From contig NC_134034.1 in assembly GCF_964204645.1 (NCBI RefSeq), forward strand, positions 12,784,962 to 12,848,961: a DNA stretch of 64,000 nucleotides, in the 5' to 3' direction. The translations under genes and the position numbers were made by a program. Of the stretch, positions 1-12,129 are shown one piece after another (position 1 is the first letter of the stretch; every line of letters begins with the position of its first letter). Source of the DNA: Tubulanus polymorphus (taxonomy: Eukaryota > Animalia > Nemertea). The notes beneath the pieces were generated by a model. It made no database searches and was not told the origin of the DNA. It worked only from the letters and a program-made list of their open reading frames with translations.

Positions 1-42
1 TTGGGACTAAGATGAAGTTTAATATTAGTATGATATATTTAC

Positions 43-3000
43 CCATAGTAGGTGAATCTCTATCTGAAGGTGAAGCTTTATCAAGGCACTGATTACTGTG
101 AACGTGTTTTAAAGTTAAACTCTGAAAATAAAAACAGAAATACTAAAATATAACAGTCATCAATGAAGCAAAGAAATATGACGTGACAACACTGGACCAA
201 CCGAAAGATTGAAAGCAGTCAAAATTCTACAATTAAGGACTTTATTTCAAACTGTTCTGAGTCTAAACTGAAGTGAGAATTGTGGAGTCCTGTGATTTTG
301 GAATCCATCTGCTGCTGTTGGAAAGAGATATGTTGTGGAGCCCTATAACCGGCATCCATCTGCTGCTGTTGAAGAGAGAGATACCGGTATGTTGTGGAGC
401 CCTATAACCGGCACCCGTCTGCTGCTGTTGAAGAGAGAGATGATGTGGAGCCCTATAACCGGCACCCGTCTGCTGCTGTCGAAGAGAGAGATATGTTGTG
501 GAGCCCTATAACCGGCATCCGTTTGCTACTGTCGAAGAGAGAGATATGTTGTGGAGCCCTATAACCGGCATCCGTCTGCTGCTGTCGAAGAGAGAGATAT
601 GTTGTGGAGCCCTATAACCGGCACCCGTCTGCTGCTGTCGAAGAGAGAGATATGTTGTGGAGCCCTATAACCGGCATCCGTTTGCTACTGTCGAAGAGAG
701 AGATATGTTGTGGAGCCCTATAACCGGCATCCGTCTGCTGCTGTCGAAGAGAGAGATATGTTGTGGAGCCCTATAACCGGCACCCGTCTGCTGCTGTCGA
801 AGAGAGAGATATGTTGTGGAGCCCTATAACCGGCATCCGTCTGCTGCTGTTGAAGAGAGAGGTATGTTTACCTGTTTATCATACTCCCACAGTTGATTTC
901 CACCTAAACCGTGACAGGTGATCATTTTAACTGGACCGCCGAACGCTGCAACATCTAAACATAAATCATCGCTTTGTATTGCCTTCTTCTTCGTGTATGA
1001 GAATACCTATACATAGAGAAATACATAGAGAATACCTGTACATCGAGAAATACATTGAGAATACCTGTACATAGAGAAATACATTGAGAATACCTGTACA
1101 TAGAGAAATACATTGAGAATACCTGTACATCGAGAAATACATTGAGAATACCTGTACATCGAGAAATACATTGAGAATACCTGTACATCGAGAAATACAT
1201 TGAGAATACCTGTACATCGAGAAATACATTGAGAATATGTAGAGAAATACTAGACTCAGATAGCAACACTCACTTTAGCATGGTGTCTACTGAGCCACAT
1301 GCTAACAACTTATCATGGCAAATTCATAATTCACTAATGAACCTTAAAATGCAGTCGCATATTTTCAGGACATATTTCGAACATCGTAAATTGACAACAA
1401 TGACCGGTCAACAATGAATCGACCAGTATCCGAGCGGTCAATAATGAATTGATGAGTTACACACCGGTCAACAATGAATTGACCAGTAACCGACCGGTCA
1501 ACAATGAATCGACCAGTATCCGAGTGGTCAATAATGAATTGATGAGTAACACACCAGTTAGTGACAACTGTTGAGTAATAGATTGAACATACCTGATTGC
1601 CTCCCATGCCGTGACACGAAACTAATCCAACTTTCTCCGTGTTCTTACGACCCATACTGTCTAAACATTGACCAGATTCCTGATTCTTTACCTAAAATTC
1701 AATCAATTATATAACGATTCATCTCAAGATTCATCACAATTCTCTCTTCTTAATTATTAAATCCTAAAAACAAACTCTTCAGTGTCTGAATGTGCACACT
1801 TCATAAATGGTGAAAGCTTAGAGGGGGAGGCTGGATCTAAGCTGCTGTCTGAAGGGGTGGTCCCAAGCTGCTGATTGTCTGAAGGGGTGGTTCCAAGCTG
1901 CTGATTGTCTGAAGGGGTGGTTCCAAGCTGCTGAAGGGGTGGTTTTATTCCGATGTTAGCACCACCGTACAGCGGGTGGGAGTGTTTGCACCACGGTACT
2001 CACCTCGCCTAAAGAGAAATAATCTAAAGGCATCTGAGATTCTGGGTAGATATTCTCCAGATACCATTTAAAATCATGACATTGAAGTTTGTCTCGTAGT
2101 TTCTTACGTTCCGAGACATCTCCATAATCAACGCTCTTAACACCTGCAAATTACAAACAAATCAACACTTTTAACACCTATGGCGATCAACACTCTAAAC
2201 ACCTGTGAATAACAACTATTATGTAAGAGTAAATCTTCCTCTTCTGGTTATTGGTAGTTAACTGAGGATTGAACTGTTCTCAGCAGACGTACGCTCAGTT
2301 CTCAGCAGACGTACGCTCAGTTCTCAGCAGACGCACGTTCAGTTCTCAGCAGACATACGCTCAGTTCTCAGCAGACGCATGCTCAGCTCTCAGCAGACGT
2401 ACGCTCAGTTCTCAGCAGACGTACGCTCAGTTCTCAGCAGACGCACGCTCAGCTCTCAGCAGACGTACACTCAGTTCTCAGCAGACGCGCACTCAGTGCT
2501 CACCAGACATACACTCAGTTCTCAGCAGACGTACAGTCAGTTCTCAGCAGACGCACGCTCAGTTCTCAGCAGACGCGCACTCAGTGCTCACCAGACGCGC
2601 ACTCAGTGCTCACCAGACATACACTCAGTTCTCAGCAGACGCACGCTCAGTTCTCAGACAAGCACACTATTCTCAATGTTAGGTTTTCATTTAAACGATA
2701 AAACATTTACCTGGATTAATTTTATAATAAAACTCCTTCCATTCGTCCATCCAAACTTCCGCTAATCTCGCGTTGTTTTTATTGATTATTTTCACCGTTC
2801 CCCCGGGAAACGAATACGGAGACGCCTTACGGAAAACATGGCCGACGTGCGAACACGTTCCGATCAACAACGTTCCGTGACACATCCAAATACGAAACGA
2901 CATTTCCAGATTCTCGCCGCCCCAAATATCCATCCCTTTATCGTACGATCCGATCTCGTAGAAAAAGTTACGTTCGATCGAGAATAAACCGCCGGCCATT

Positions 3001-6000
3001 GTTGGAGTTCGGGCGGGAACGCTGCGGTCGCCAGAGCGACGATCCATCTCTCTCTGCGGTATCGGGTACCAGCGGAAATTCAGCTTCCAATTGAACCCGC
3101 CCCACGTCATGTCGGAACCGGCGATGTACTCGAACGTATCGTCACTGATCACATCTATAATCGGACAAACGACTGACTTCCTGCAAAATACAGTCAAATA
3201 CATCATCAAATACATCATCAAATACATCATCAAATACATCATCAAATACATCATCAAATAGATGGGTGAATACACAATACACACCAATCAAATACACCAA
3301 TCAATTACGTATTCTTAACCATTAATAATAATCAAATATATCAGAAATGAAAACACTTTTTCAAGATGGATCATTATGGACTTCTGGAGTCGGGTCCCTG
3401 TTGTCTAGGGAGCACTTTTACCTGGCATCTAGCGAGCATTTGTTTATCATCAAACCAATGCAGGACCTTTGAGAATATTATGTCTTATAGGTTAAAGGTG
3501 GTTCAAAATGAATAATCAAAGGAAAATCCTGGTCAGAAAGATATTGGTTCCTTAATAATTGAGGCCCCCGTTTCCCGAGGGGTTTGAGGGGTGAAGGGGT
3601 TCATACCTATCTTTATGTATTTCAGCTAATAATGGTTCTAACCAACCTTCAGCGCATTCACAATGTGAATCTAGGAATGTAATCACTTTACCTTTCGCGC
3701 GACTAGCACCTAGAAATAAAAACAATGCTATCAATATTCGTTGTTCTCATGGTGCCCCCTAGTGTGTATACGACACACTGCTAGCAGCGCCCCTAGCGGT
3801 TGATACTAACCTTTTAATCGAGCTCTGATCAGACCACTGCGTACACCCATTCTTACAACATAAACTGGGACGGAAAGTTCGGATACAAAATCTTCTAATT
3901 GTTTACCTAAATGTTCTATAAACAGACAGAGACTGGGATCAGTTCAATTCCCTGAGGCAGAACCCCCCTCTCCCTCCCCCTCCCTCCCTTTTCAAATACA
4001 TACGTTTTTCACTAGCGTCGTCTACTAGTATAATTTCTCGTATAAGTTTCCGCGGCGACCGATTGATAACACTAAAAACCGTACGAATCAGCGTACTCCA
4101 AGCCTCGTTATGGAATACGATCACTACGCTCGTATCAGGTAAAACATCAGCAGACGGATAAACTTTCTCTTTACATCTAAACACAATAATACAATACATC
4201 ACGCCGGAGCCAACCACTGAGGTATCTTACATCCAGGAGACACTCTGCTGATATATCTGATACTATTGGAGCAGCCCCACATATATATCTGATGTCCCTG
4301 GAGCCACCAACTGAACTCAAATATCCTCGAGCCACCACTCATGTTTCTGATACCTTTGGAGCAGCCCCACTGATATATCTGCTGTCCTGAAGCCACCCAC
4401 TCATGTATCTGATACCTTTGGAGCAGCCCCACTGATATATCTGCTGTCCTGAAGCCACCCACTCATGTATCTGATATCCTGGAGCCACCCTCTATTGTAT
4501 CTGATGCCCTTGGAGCTAACCAACTGATATATCTGCTGTACTGAAGCCACCCTCTATGTATCTGATATCCTGGAGCCACCCACTGATATCCTGGGAGCCA
4601 CCTGTAATGAATCTATGTACTCATGGAGCCACCCCTGTTTGAAATGAACCAGTTAGGAAGCCGGACCTAGTTGTGAGTTAAACTTACTGTGCCATCCTGA
4701 CATCAGCTAGCGTTCTATTCAATGAGATCATATCGCTTGCCATTATATTAAACTGATTGATTTTAAATTTCTCTTTCATCTCTTTTTGTTTTTCAGCTGG
4801 AATGTGAACAGCTTTTCCGTATTCACCCGCTCCTTCTTTCTCTACCATACCTGAAATAATAAATACAACTATAATCGCAGTACGCGCGCGGTGGTGGCAA
4901 CTATTCCCAGACGCGTACGTCGTTTTCTCTGACTTGATCTGCTAACAATCGGATCAATTTACACGGTCAGGGTCTTATGACATAAACAGAAACGTGATTT
5001 CACGCGCGATCTTGCAATCTCAACAAATTTCCCTGTTTGACTTTTCCCTGATTTTAGCTTATAATTTCCAGACTATTCCCCTGATTCCCTGGTAAGTGGC
5101 GCCACCGTATAGCAGTAACCAGGTCATCCATCGGGAGCGAGATGACCTAATTATAAGGCGCGTTCACACAACAATGCTCAAAGTGACTCAATCCGGAACC
5201 ACGGTTGTTATTCAAATGCAATAATTTTACCCATGCTAAAAATCGGCTCGGGCCCGATCCAACGTTTTTGGTCGGGCAAAACGAGCCCCGGGCCCATTCG
5301 GCACCCGTGTAAACAGTTTTGCTCGTGTGCATCGCGGCTTATGTACCGTAAATAATTCTATATACAACCGCGTGTTGATGTAAGTATATGATACGCCTCG
5401 TGATGTTTAGATTTGAAAACCTCTTCAGGGTATTTTTCATAAAACAGGTTCGATATTAATAACAGCGTGAGCACCCACAGGGGATGGGGAGAGGGGAGGT
5501 TGATTATAAGGGTGGTATACACAGCCTGAAGGGGGGAGGGGGGAAGGTTGTACACTGTTTGGTTAGAATAACTGAGCAGCTGTTAGTACGACACAGTGTA
5601 TATACGTAGCTGCAGTATAAACTGAATTAAAAAAAAAGGTCGATCCGTTATTAGGAAAAGCTGAAGCCTTGTAACCGCGGTGTCTTATCTAACCGAATTA
5701 AACAGATTATGAATGATCGTTGCTATGGTAATGAAACAGTCGAAATTGTTACGTACCGCGTCTATGGCGTCCGACTTAAACGACAATATACAATGAAATA
5801 TATCAGTCAAAATAAATATGAGGGGGCGAGAGAGGGGTCAGTTGCCAAAAAGTTGGTTAAAATAACCGATGGATAATAAATAGTGTAGAAACAATGAGCC
5901 TTTAATTGTCACAAAGGTCAACTGTTTACTGGTTAACTGGTTAACTCTGACCTACTTTGCAGCAATTTGCACCTGTTGTATTGATAAACTCAAATATCTA

Positions 6001-6637
6001 TTCTACCTGTCTATCTATCAGTTACTGCTGAACCCTAATAAGACGGTTTATGACTCTGAAACGTACACGTGCTGCGTGGTTCATGGTTTCACTAGGATTT
6101 GAACCCACAACCGCTCAACCTCTCAGGCCACGTGAACTATTACCATGTGTTAATACTATAAATTGTATATTCAATGACATAATTTGTCACCTATAAAAAC
6201 AGATTTGGGTTTACGGGGTTGGGGTTTAGAGTGCGAACAACAAATCGAGATGTCCGCCGTGGCGGCCATATTGGGAGAACGAGAAAACAAATTTCTGATT
6301 ATAGGTTTGACCCATAGCTACCAACTGTCAATAAAGTCGCTCGTTACTCGAAGAGCGCTAACAACAAATTCAAGATGGCCGCCGTGTCACTTCGGTGAAA
6401 TGATAATTACTAATATATCTCACCTTTTGGTAGTAATTTCTGTAGGAAGCTGCCTCCGCCGCCAGCAGGGGGCGCTTTATTACCGCCGGCGATGGCCGCG
6501 TTGTTGTTATTGTTGCACGACGACGGCGAACAGTCGGTGTAATACATGATGACGACGACGTCGATCAGGAACCAGACGAGAGACGTCGCGATTATCACTT
6601 TACAATACTGCGGCCGTACGAAATACCGCAGCGCCAT
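43..6637 (-). CDS. GALNT1: Polypeptide N-acetylgalactosaminyltransferase, GALNT1/GALNT13 type (3'-partial; last exon outside window)
   Basis: Exons (minus): 6424-6637, 4688-4850, 4004-4176, 3811-3915, 3607-3709, 2711-3180, 2004-2143, 1593-1691, 872-1006, 43-121; all GT-AG with matching phases. The protein has an N-terminal signal-anchor ([20 protein letters not shown]), stem [24 protein letters not shown] motifs [26 protein letters not shown], DxH (FLDSHCE) and Gal/GalNAc-T motif WGGENLE. It ends in ricin-B repeats ([33 protein letters not shown]). GALNT1 and GALNT13 cannot be distinguished. Confidence 0.95.
305..862. repeat. Intronic minisatellite, 53-bp unit, ~10 copies
   Basis: Unit GTGGAGCCCTATAACCGGCAYCCGTCTGCTGCTGTCGAAGAGAGAGATATGTT repeated head to tail. 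Confidence 0.95.
997..1245. repeat. 29-bp minisatellite overlapping a GALNT splice acceptor, ~8 copies
   Basis: Unit GAGAATACCTGTACATCGAGAAATACATT; explains the spurious ORFs 955-1269 and 966-1229. Confidence 0.95.
1400..1560. repeat. ~30-33-bp minisatellite
   Basis: Recurring GGTCAA(C/T)AATGAAT.GA units. Confidence 0.8.
2275..2660. repeat. 22-bp minisatellite, ~17 copies
   Basis: Unit CAGTTCTCAGCAGACGTACGCT; source of the spurious ORFs 2269-2682 and 2379-2765. Confidence 0.95.
4205..4635. repeat. Degenerate ~30-bp minisatellite
   Basis: Recurring GGAGCCACCCACT..TATATCTGATG/CTG units. Confidence 0.85.
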
Positions 6638-7614
6638 CTTTACTCCGTCTGCTGAAACAACAACGATACAATATTACGTAACTTAAACTTACAAAATTAA
6701 TACCTTGTTTTTCCGAGCTTAAATATTGACCAGGTTCCATTGTCGAGACTTAAATCCAATTATTGGTTATGTCTGGTGTTCATTTCCTGTTAAGACTGGA
6801 CTTAAGTTGTTAGATTGAGTATAGACCTAAGATCGTCTTAGACTGGACTCAAGTCCGTCTTAGACTGGACTCAAGTCTAAGCCATGACTATAGAACTGCA
6901 ACCTTTAGAAATGAACTGATTACGAATAATCATAGCGATTTATGAAAGCGACCCGGCCGTTTACTAGAAACAAGGTACGATATTCTTAAACATCTTTACC
7001 TGGCGACTACCAACACAATAAAAAAAAAAAAAAACAAAAAAAAACAAATTCAATTTACTGTGTTAGAATTAGTTCATCCTTGAAAAGTCCGCCTCCTCTC
7101 TCTCCTCTCTCTCTCTATAGAAACTGATTCGAATTCGAAACCGGCAGTTTCAGGCTCACTGTTTACTGCAATGACTCGTGCACATGTGAAAATGACACAT
7201 TTACGTTAATTTGACAGTGAAAGTAGCGATACGAGTTAATACTGGTTTATTGACACACGTGTGACCCCCCTCCCTCATATCTATCACACGTGTTGCACCC
7301 CCCTCTCTTCTCTTACCGTTGAGTAAACATTAATAATGAAATGAATCAATTCTCTTTCAAGCGCACATAATAATAATACCAGTATTTATTGGCAGATGTA
7401 ACAATAAACTCTGTGGTCTGTGGCAAGTCACTTGAAAACAAACTGAATTATCAAACTTTTTCCGCAGCCTCAGCAGAATTTCTATATATCCTTGGATCGG
7501 GTCCCGGTTCGGTGTTTAGATTTTAAACATCGCAACTTTAGTCGGTTCAAACTGGAGAACACGGGCCAGTAGCTCTGGTTTACAGCTTTAGCTTTAACAC
7601 CACCAATAAAACAC

Positions 7615-8412
7615 CATTTTGGTTCTATAACCAATCTAACAACTTAAAACCAGTTTAAGCTCTTTTTAGTTCTATAACCAATCTAACAACTTAAGACCAG
7701 TCTTAACTCATTTTGGTTCTATAACCAATCTAACAACTTAAAACCAGTTTAAGCTCTTTTTAGTTCTATAACCGATCTAACAACTTAAGACCAGTCTAAG
7801 CTCATTTTGGTTCTATTACCAATCTTACAACTTAAGACCAGTCTAAACTCAGTTTGGTTCTATAACCAATCTAACAACTTAAAACCAGTTTAAGCTCATC
7901 TTGGTTCTATAACCAATCTAACAACTTAAAACCAGTTTAAGCTCTTTTTAGTTCTATAACCAATCTAACAACTTAAGACCAGTCTTAACTCATTTTGGTT
8001 CTATAACCAATCTAACAACTTAAGACCAGTCTAAACTCATCTTGGTTCTATAACCAATCTAACAACTTAAGACCAGTCTAAGCTCATCTTGGTTCTATAA
8101 CCAATCTAACAACTTAAAACCAGTTTAAGCTCTTTTTAGTTCTATAACCAATCTAACAACTTAAGACCAGTCTTAACTCATTTTGGTTCTATAACCAATC
8201 TAACAACTTAAAACCAGTTTAAGCTCTTTTTAGTTCTATAACCGATCTAACAACTTAAGACCAGTCTAAGCTCATTTTGGTTCTATGACCAATCTAACAA
8301 CTTAAGACCAGTCTAAACTCATTTTGGTTCTATAACCAATCTAACAACTTAAAGATCAGTCTAAAGTCATTTTGGTTCTTTAACCAATCCGAACAACCTA
8401 AGACCAGTCTAA
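7615..8412. repeat. 47-bp satellite derived from MITE family B interior, ~17 copies
   Basis: Unit TTCTATAACCAATCTAACAACTTAAGACCAGTCTAAGCTCATTTTGG; matches 56025-56060 inside a MITE. Confidence 0.92.
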
Positions 8413-9179
8413 AATCAAGAGCTGTCAGACACTGTCCCTGCTGTAAGAAGCCGCGTCCGAGAGAAATCAATAATCTGAACCCCAGTTGGATGTCACTTGA
8501 ATCGGGGATTTAGATGAATGTATTACAGATCCACGGGGATTTATCCACATCGATCCACACTGATCCACAGTAATCTTACGGCTATTAATTATACATCTAA
8601 ATCATCCCCGAAGGCGATGCGAGTAATAAACAATTAAACCAAGGTTTCATCGTGGTCGGATGTACTGAACAGCATCAGCCACGGCTAGTAGCCCGTAGGT
8701 ACTCATCATCATCATCATCATCATCAAAATCACGGACAGAAGGTCTGGTGGTGGGCTATTGGTGTCCGGCTCGTTTGTTCTGGTTCAGGTACTGTTCATT
8801 GTTTGGACACCAATCTAGGGCCGGATGAAGAAGCTCATTTCGAGGAACTTGTCACATCTCGAAACGTCACTTCGACGTCAAAAAAGGCAATATCAAACAC
8901 ACTTGCGCACTGAAATACGGCAATTTTTTTCAGTTTGAAGATTTGAATGATGGATTTACACAAGTCCTCCCTGCCTCGCAATCAGTTCATTATTTAACCC
9001 AATAATTATTCAATTCGACGTAGGTCTATACATTTCTAAGATAAAATTTGCTATCAAATTACATACACGCAGAGTCAATCAAGTTGTCAGTTTATTAAAT
9101 GTGACATAAGATGGGGATGGGAGGGGAGGAGATGGGGAGGAGAGGGGAGTCGATCTCCAGTGATTGTATCTAATTAGAG

Positions 9180-9540
9180 ATAACTTCCCACTCCCCACTC
9201 CACTCCTATTTCCCCTACCCACTCTGCTCTCCCCTCTTCTCTCCTCCCCCTCTTATCGCCCCTCCCCCTCCAGCTCCCCTCTCCCTTTATCCCCTGCCTC
9301 TCCACTCGTATTTCCCTACCCACTCTCCTCTCCAACTCCCCTCTCCTCCCCCACTTATCGCCTCTCCCCTCCAGCTCCCCTCTCTCTCCTTTTATCCCTT
9401 GCCTCTCCACTCCTATTTCCCCCTCACCACTCTCTCCTCTCCTCTCCCATTCTATCACCCCTCCTCCCAACTCCCTGTTTCCCTCCCTGCTTTCCACTCC
9501 TATTTCCCCCTCACCACTCTCTCCACTCCTATTTCCCACG
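9180..9540. repeat. Polypyrimidine (CT-rich) low-complexity repeat
   Basis: Almost purine-free plus strand with recurring CTCCACTCCTATTTCCCC; the ORFs here are artefacts. Confidence 0.85.
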
Positions 9541-9595
9541 CTAGTACACGCACCTACTCACCGACTGTGTGATATTAAAACTATTCGACACTTAC

Positions 9596-9770
9596 CTCTC
9601 AACAAACGACAACAAGGTCGAGGTCACTGTCTCTCTATCTCTCTCCGCTCGAGCTCTTAACAAACTATATATTTAATATAAATATTACACCGAAGATGAT
9701 ATATTTCGCGGGGTTATTGTTGCCGTATCCATGACGACTATACAGTACAAACGTAGAACGGCGAACTGAA
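9596..9770 (-). other. Candidate non-coding 5'UTR exon of the GALNT gene
   Basis: The ATG-bearing exon has an acceptor 14 nt upstream of ATG (TTGTTTCAG at 6652-6660), so an upstream exon is needed. A strong minus-strand donor GAG|GTAAGT lies at 9594-9595 (alternative CG|GTGAGT near 9560). The 5' boundary is a guess. Confidence 0.35.
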
Positions 9771-12088
9771 ACGAAGAATGAATTAAATTCTAAGGGTTTT
9801 AGCTTTCTTTAAGCGCAAAATTTGACAGTAGAAAATAGAAAAAAAAAACCTACGGAACAGTTCCATACGCTTTGATATCTTTCTTAAATTCCATACTGAT
9901 AAAAAATGTTTAACGCTCTACGCGAGGAATTTTATCAGAGATAAGAATTCGATAAACATGGTTATTTAAATTTGTAGAGATAGATAATAAACATTCGACA
10001 AATACTCAACACATATAAAACGGTCTCATCAGTCTATTGACATTAAAAAAACCGAACTGAATCTAACAGTCAGTCCATAGGGCCTAATAAATATATTAAA
10101 TAAAACATCTAAAAGACACCCAGCCCTCGGGCGTCAGACTATCGTCACCCCGCCCTCGGGCCCTTCAATCACGAATATATACGAAAGAACTGTGAATAGT
10201 GACACATCACAAACAGACAACGAGAGACGCACAATTCTCGTAACAGGGGCATCGCGCGGAAATAGAGAAGCGTCTCATTCACTGACGATTGTTTATTAGA
10301 ATAACATTCTACTGTTAGTTGAATTTTTAAAATTAGCTCAGGAAAATATTTACGAAAACTGATTTTTTAATGTTTTTAGGATGATATTATGATTAAAAAA
10401 GGTACCACACACGACTTAAAACTAGGCCTATTGGCTCTCTAGGCTAAGCCCGCAGACCCCTGCCCTAGCCTACACCACTGTCGGCTATAGCCGAGGTGGA
10501 CAACCAATCATTGCAATATTAACAGAAACATCAGGGCTCTCATCTACCCTGAACCCCTAGCCAACCAGTCATACCATCCAACAATACCCCCGCGCCCGGC
10601 CCAAGGCATATCCATTCCACCCACCCCTCGCTCGGCCCTGGGGGACCCTCCACCATCAGAGCCTAAATAACCTGCATTACAATTAAACACATACAGGTCC
10701 AGTTAATATAAATATCTATTGAAGCCAAGCTCTAGTCAAATCTCGGGGAGAAGCGGCCCTAGGGCCGGATTTATGTAAATCACGCCAGCCCAAACCTTCG
10801 TCCTCGCAATTAAATTTTATTGAATTCAACAATAACATGTTGAATTTGTTCAGTTTTCGACTGGAAATAAATCTGTTCCCGAGTTCTCATTTTCATCGGA
10901 TTGAATTCATTCAGATTAAAGAATTGACTGATTACCTGTAACTGACGGTTTTATATCCAACAGACCACATTTAGTAGGAGGAACGAATCCTATTACCCGA
11001 TCCAATGTGACAGGTAGTGGTGAGAGTCGGGTAGCACTAAATACCGCTCTAAACCTTTATAAACCACACAAATGAAATCATCCCAGCAGAAATACATACA
11101 TTCGAACATAACCGCGATATTATAAAAATATTGAATTTCATGAATTTTTCTTTATCATTCTAGCGTGAGATAAGATATCATTAATAAATTCCAAATTGTA
11201 AAAGACAAATGTCGCTTACGTGTTCTCATAGATGGCGCATGTGAATGTGGCTCGATTGTAAAACTCGGTCGATTCCAGAATTGTGACAGTTCAGATAAGT
11301 TCCAATAGATGGTGAACATATCGTTGCGAGCAAAATGGGACCACAAAAACGAGGGGTCGGGTCCTCTTCCAGAACATTGTCATTGGACAGACATGTTTAC
11401 CGATGCACGGGAGATTCCCGCGGCACAGTACCAGTAGTACCGGTACCCATACCTCAGTCATCTTCTTCACCCGTCAAGGGATCTTGAACCCACTAAGCTA
11501 AAGCAGTTACCGGAGCGATATCGGACCCCGGCAAGCGAGGATGCACTCTCTAGTCATCCTCGCTTGCCAGTGGTTCAGTAGACTGGTTGCCAGTCCCATT
11601 CTAACTGTAGGTAGAAACCGGCAACCAGTCTAGTGCGGGGTCGTTCGAGAACTATTTTGTTAATGCGCTTTCACGCATGTTGCAGGAGCGTTGCCTAAAT
11701 ACTTGGCAACCATTCTAACTGATCTAAAGAACATTTAACGCCCATCTTTTAGATGGGCTAGGTGCATATCAAACTATGGCTGCATGAGAAATATTTTAAA
11801 CCGACCGTCACCTAAATTGATGTTAATTACCAAACGAGCCGGACACTAGCCTCAACAGGCCTCCATAAGTCCGCGATATTGATGATGATGTTCTCGGCCG
11901 TGCTACACACACGTGTGCGCCACAAGACTCGCTGCGATCTGTGCGTGTAGTGAAAAGCGCCTCGTGCGTGACCTAGTAAACGGTTTCCTGGGAACAGCTA
12001 CCGATTCAACTGCCAGGGCCAAATTCGGTTTTCGTATCTAGTTGACTAGTGGTCGAATGCGCTTGATTTTCGAGATTATAGTTCCGAC

Positions 12089-12129
12089 CAGGGAAGTGTG
12101 ATGAGACACTTCCTCATCACACTTCCCTG
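12089..12129. mobile_element. 41-bp micro-MITE (17-bp perfect TIR, 7-bp TSD TTCCGAC) nested in a larger MITE (~12014-12205)
   Basis: CAGGGAAGTGTGATGAG...CTCATCACACTTCCCTG flanked by TTCCGAC at 12082-12088 and 12130-12136. Confidence 0.7.

Noticed and set aside
305-862. CRISPR-like array
   Set aside because: Units are contiguous near-identical repeats with no unique spacers, there are no cas genes, and the context is a eukaryotic intron. The same applies to the other minisatellites.
8821-8880. Second hammerhead-like motif (TGAAGAAGCTC...GAG...GAAACG)
   Set aside because: It lacks CUGA and a stem II directly joined to GAAA; too degenerate to support.
9164-9544. Pro/Leu-rich and Gly/Glu-rich ORFs
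   Set aside because: Artefacts of a CT-rich low-complexity tract with few possible stop codons.
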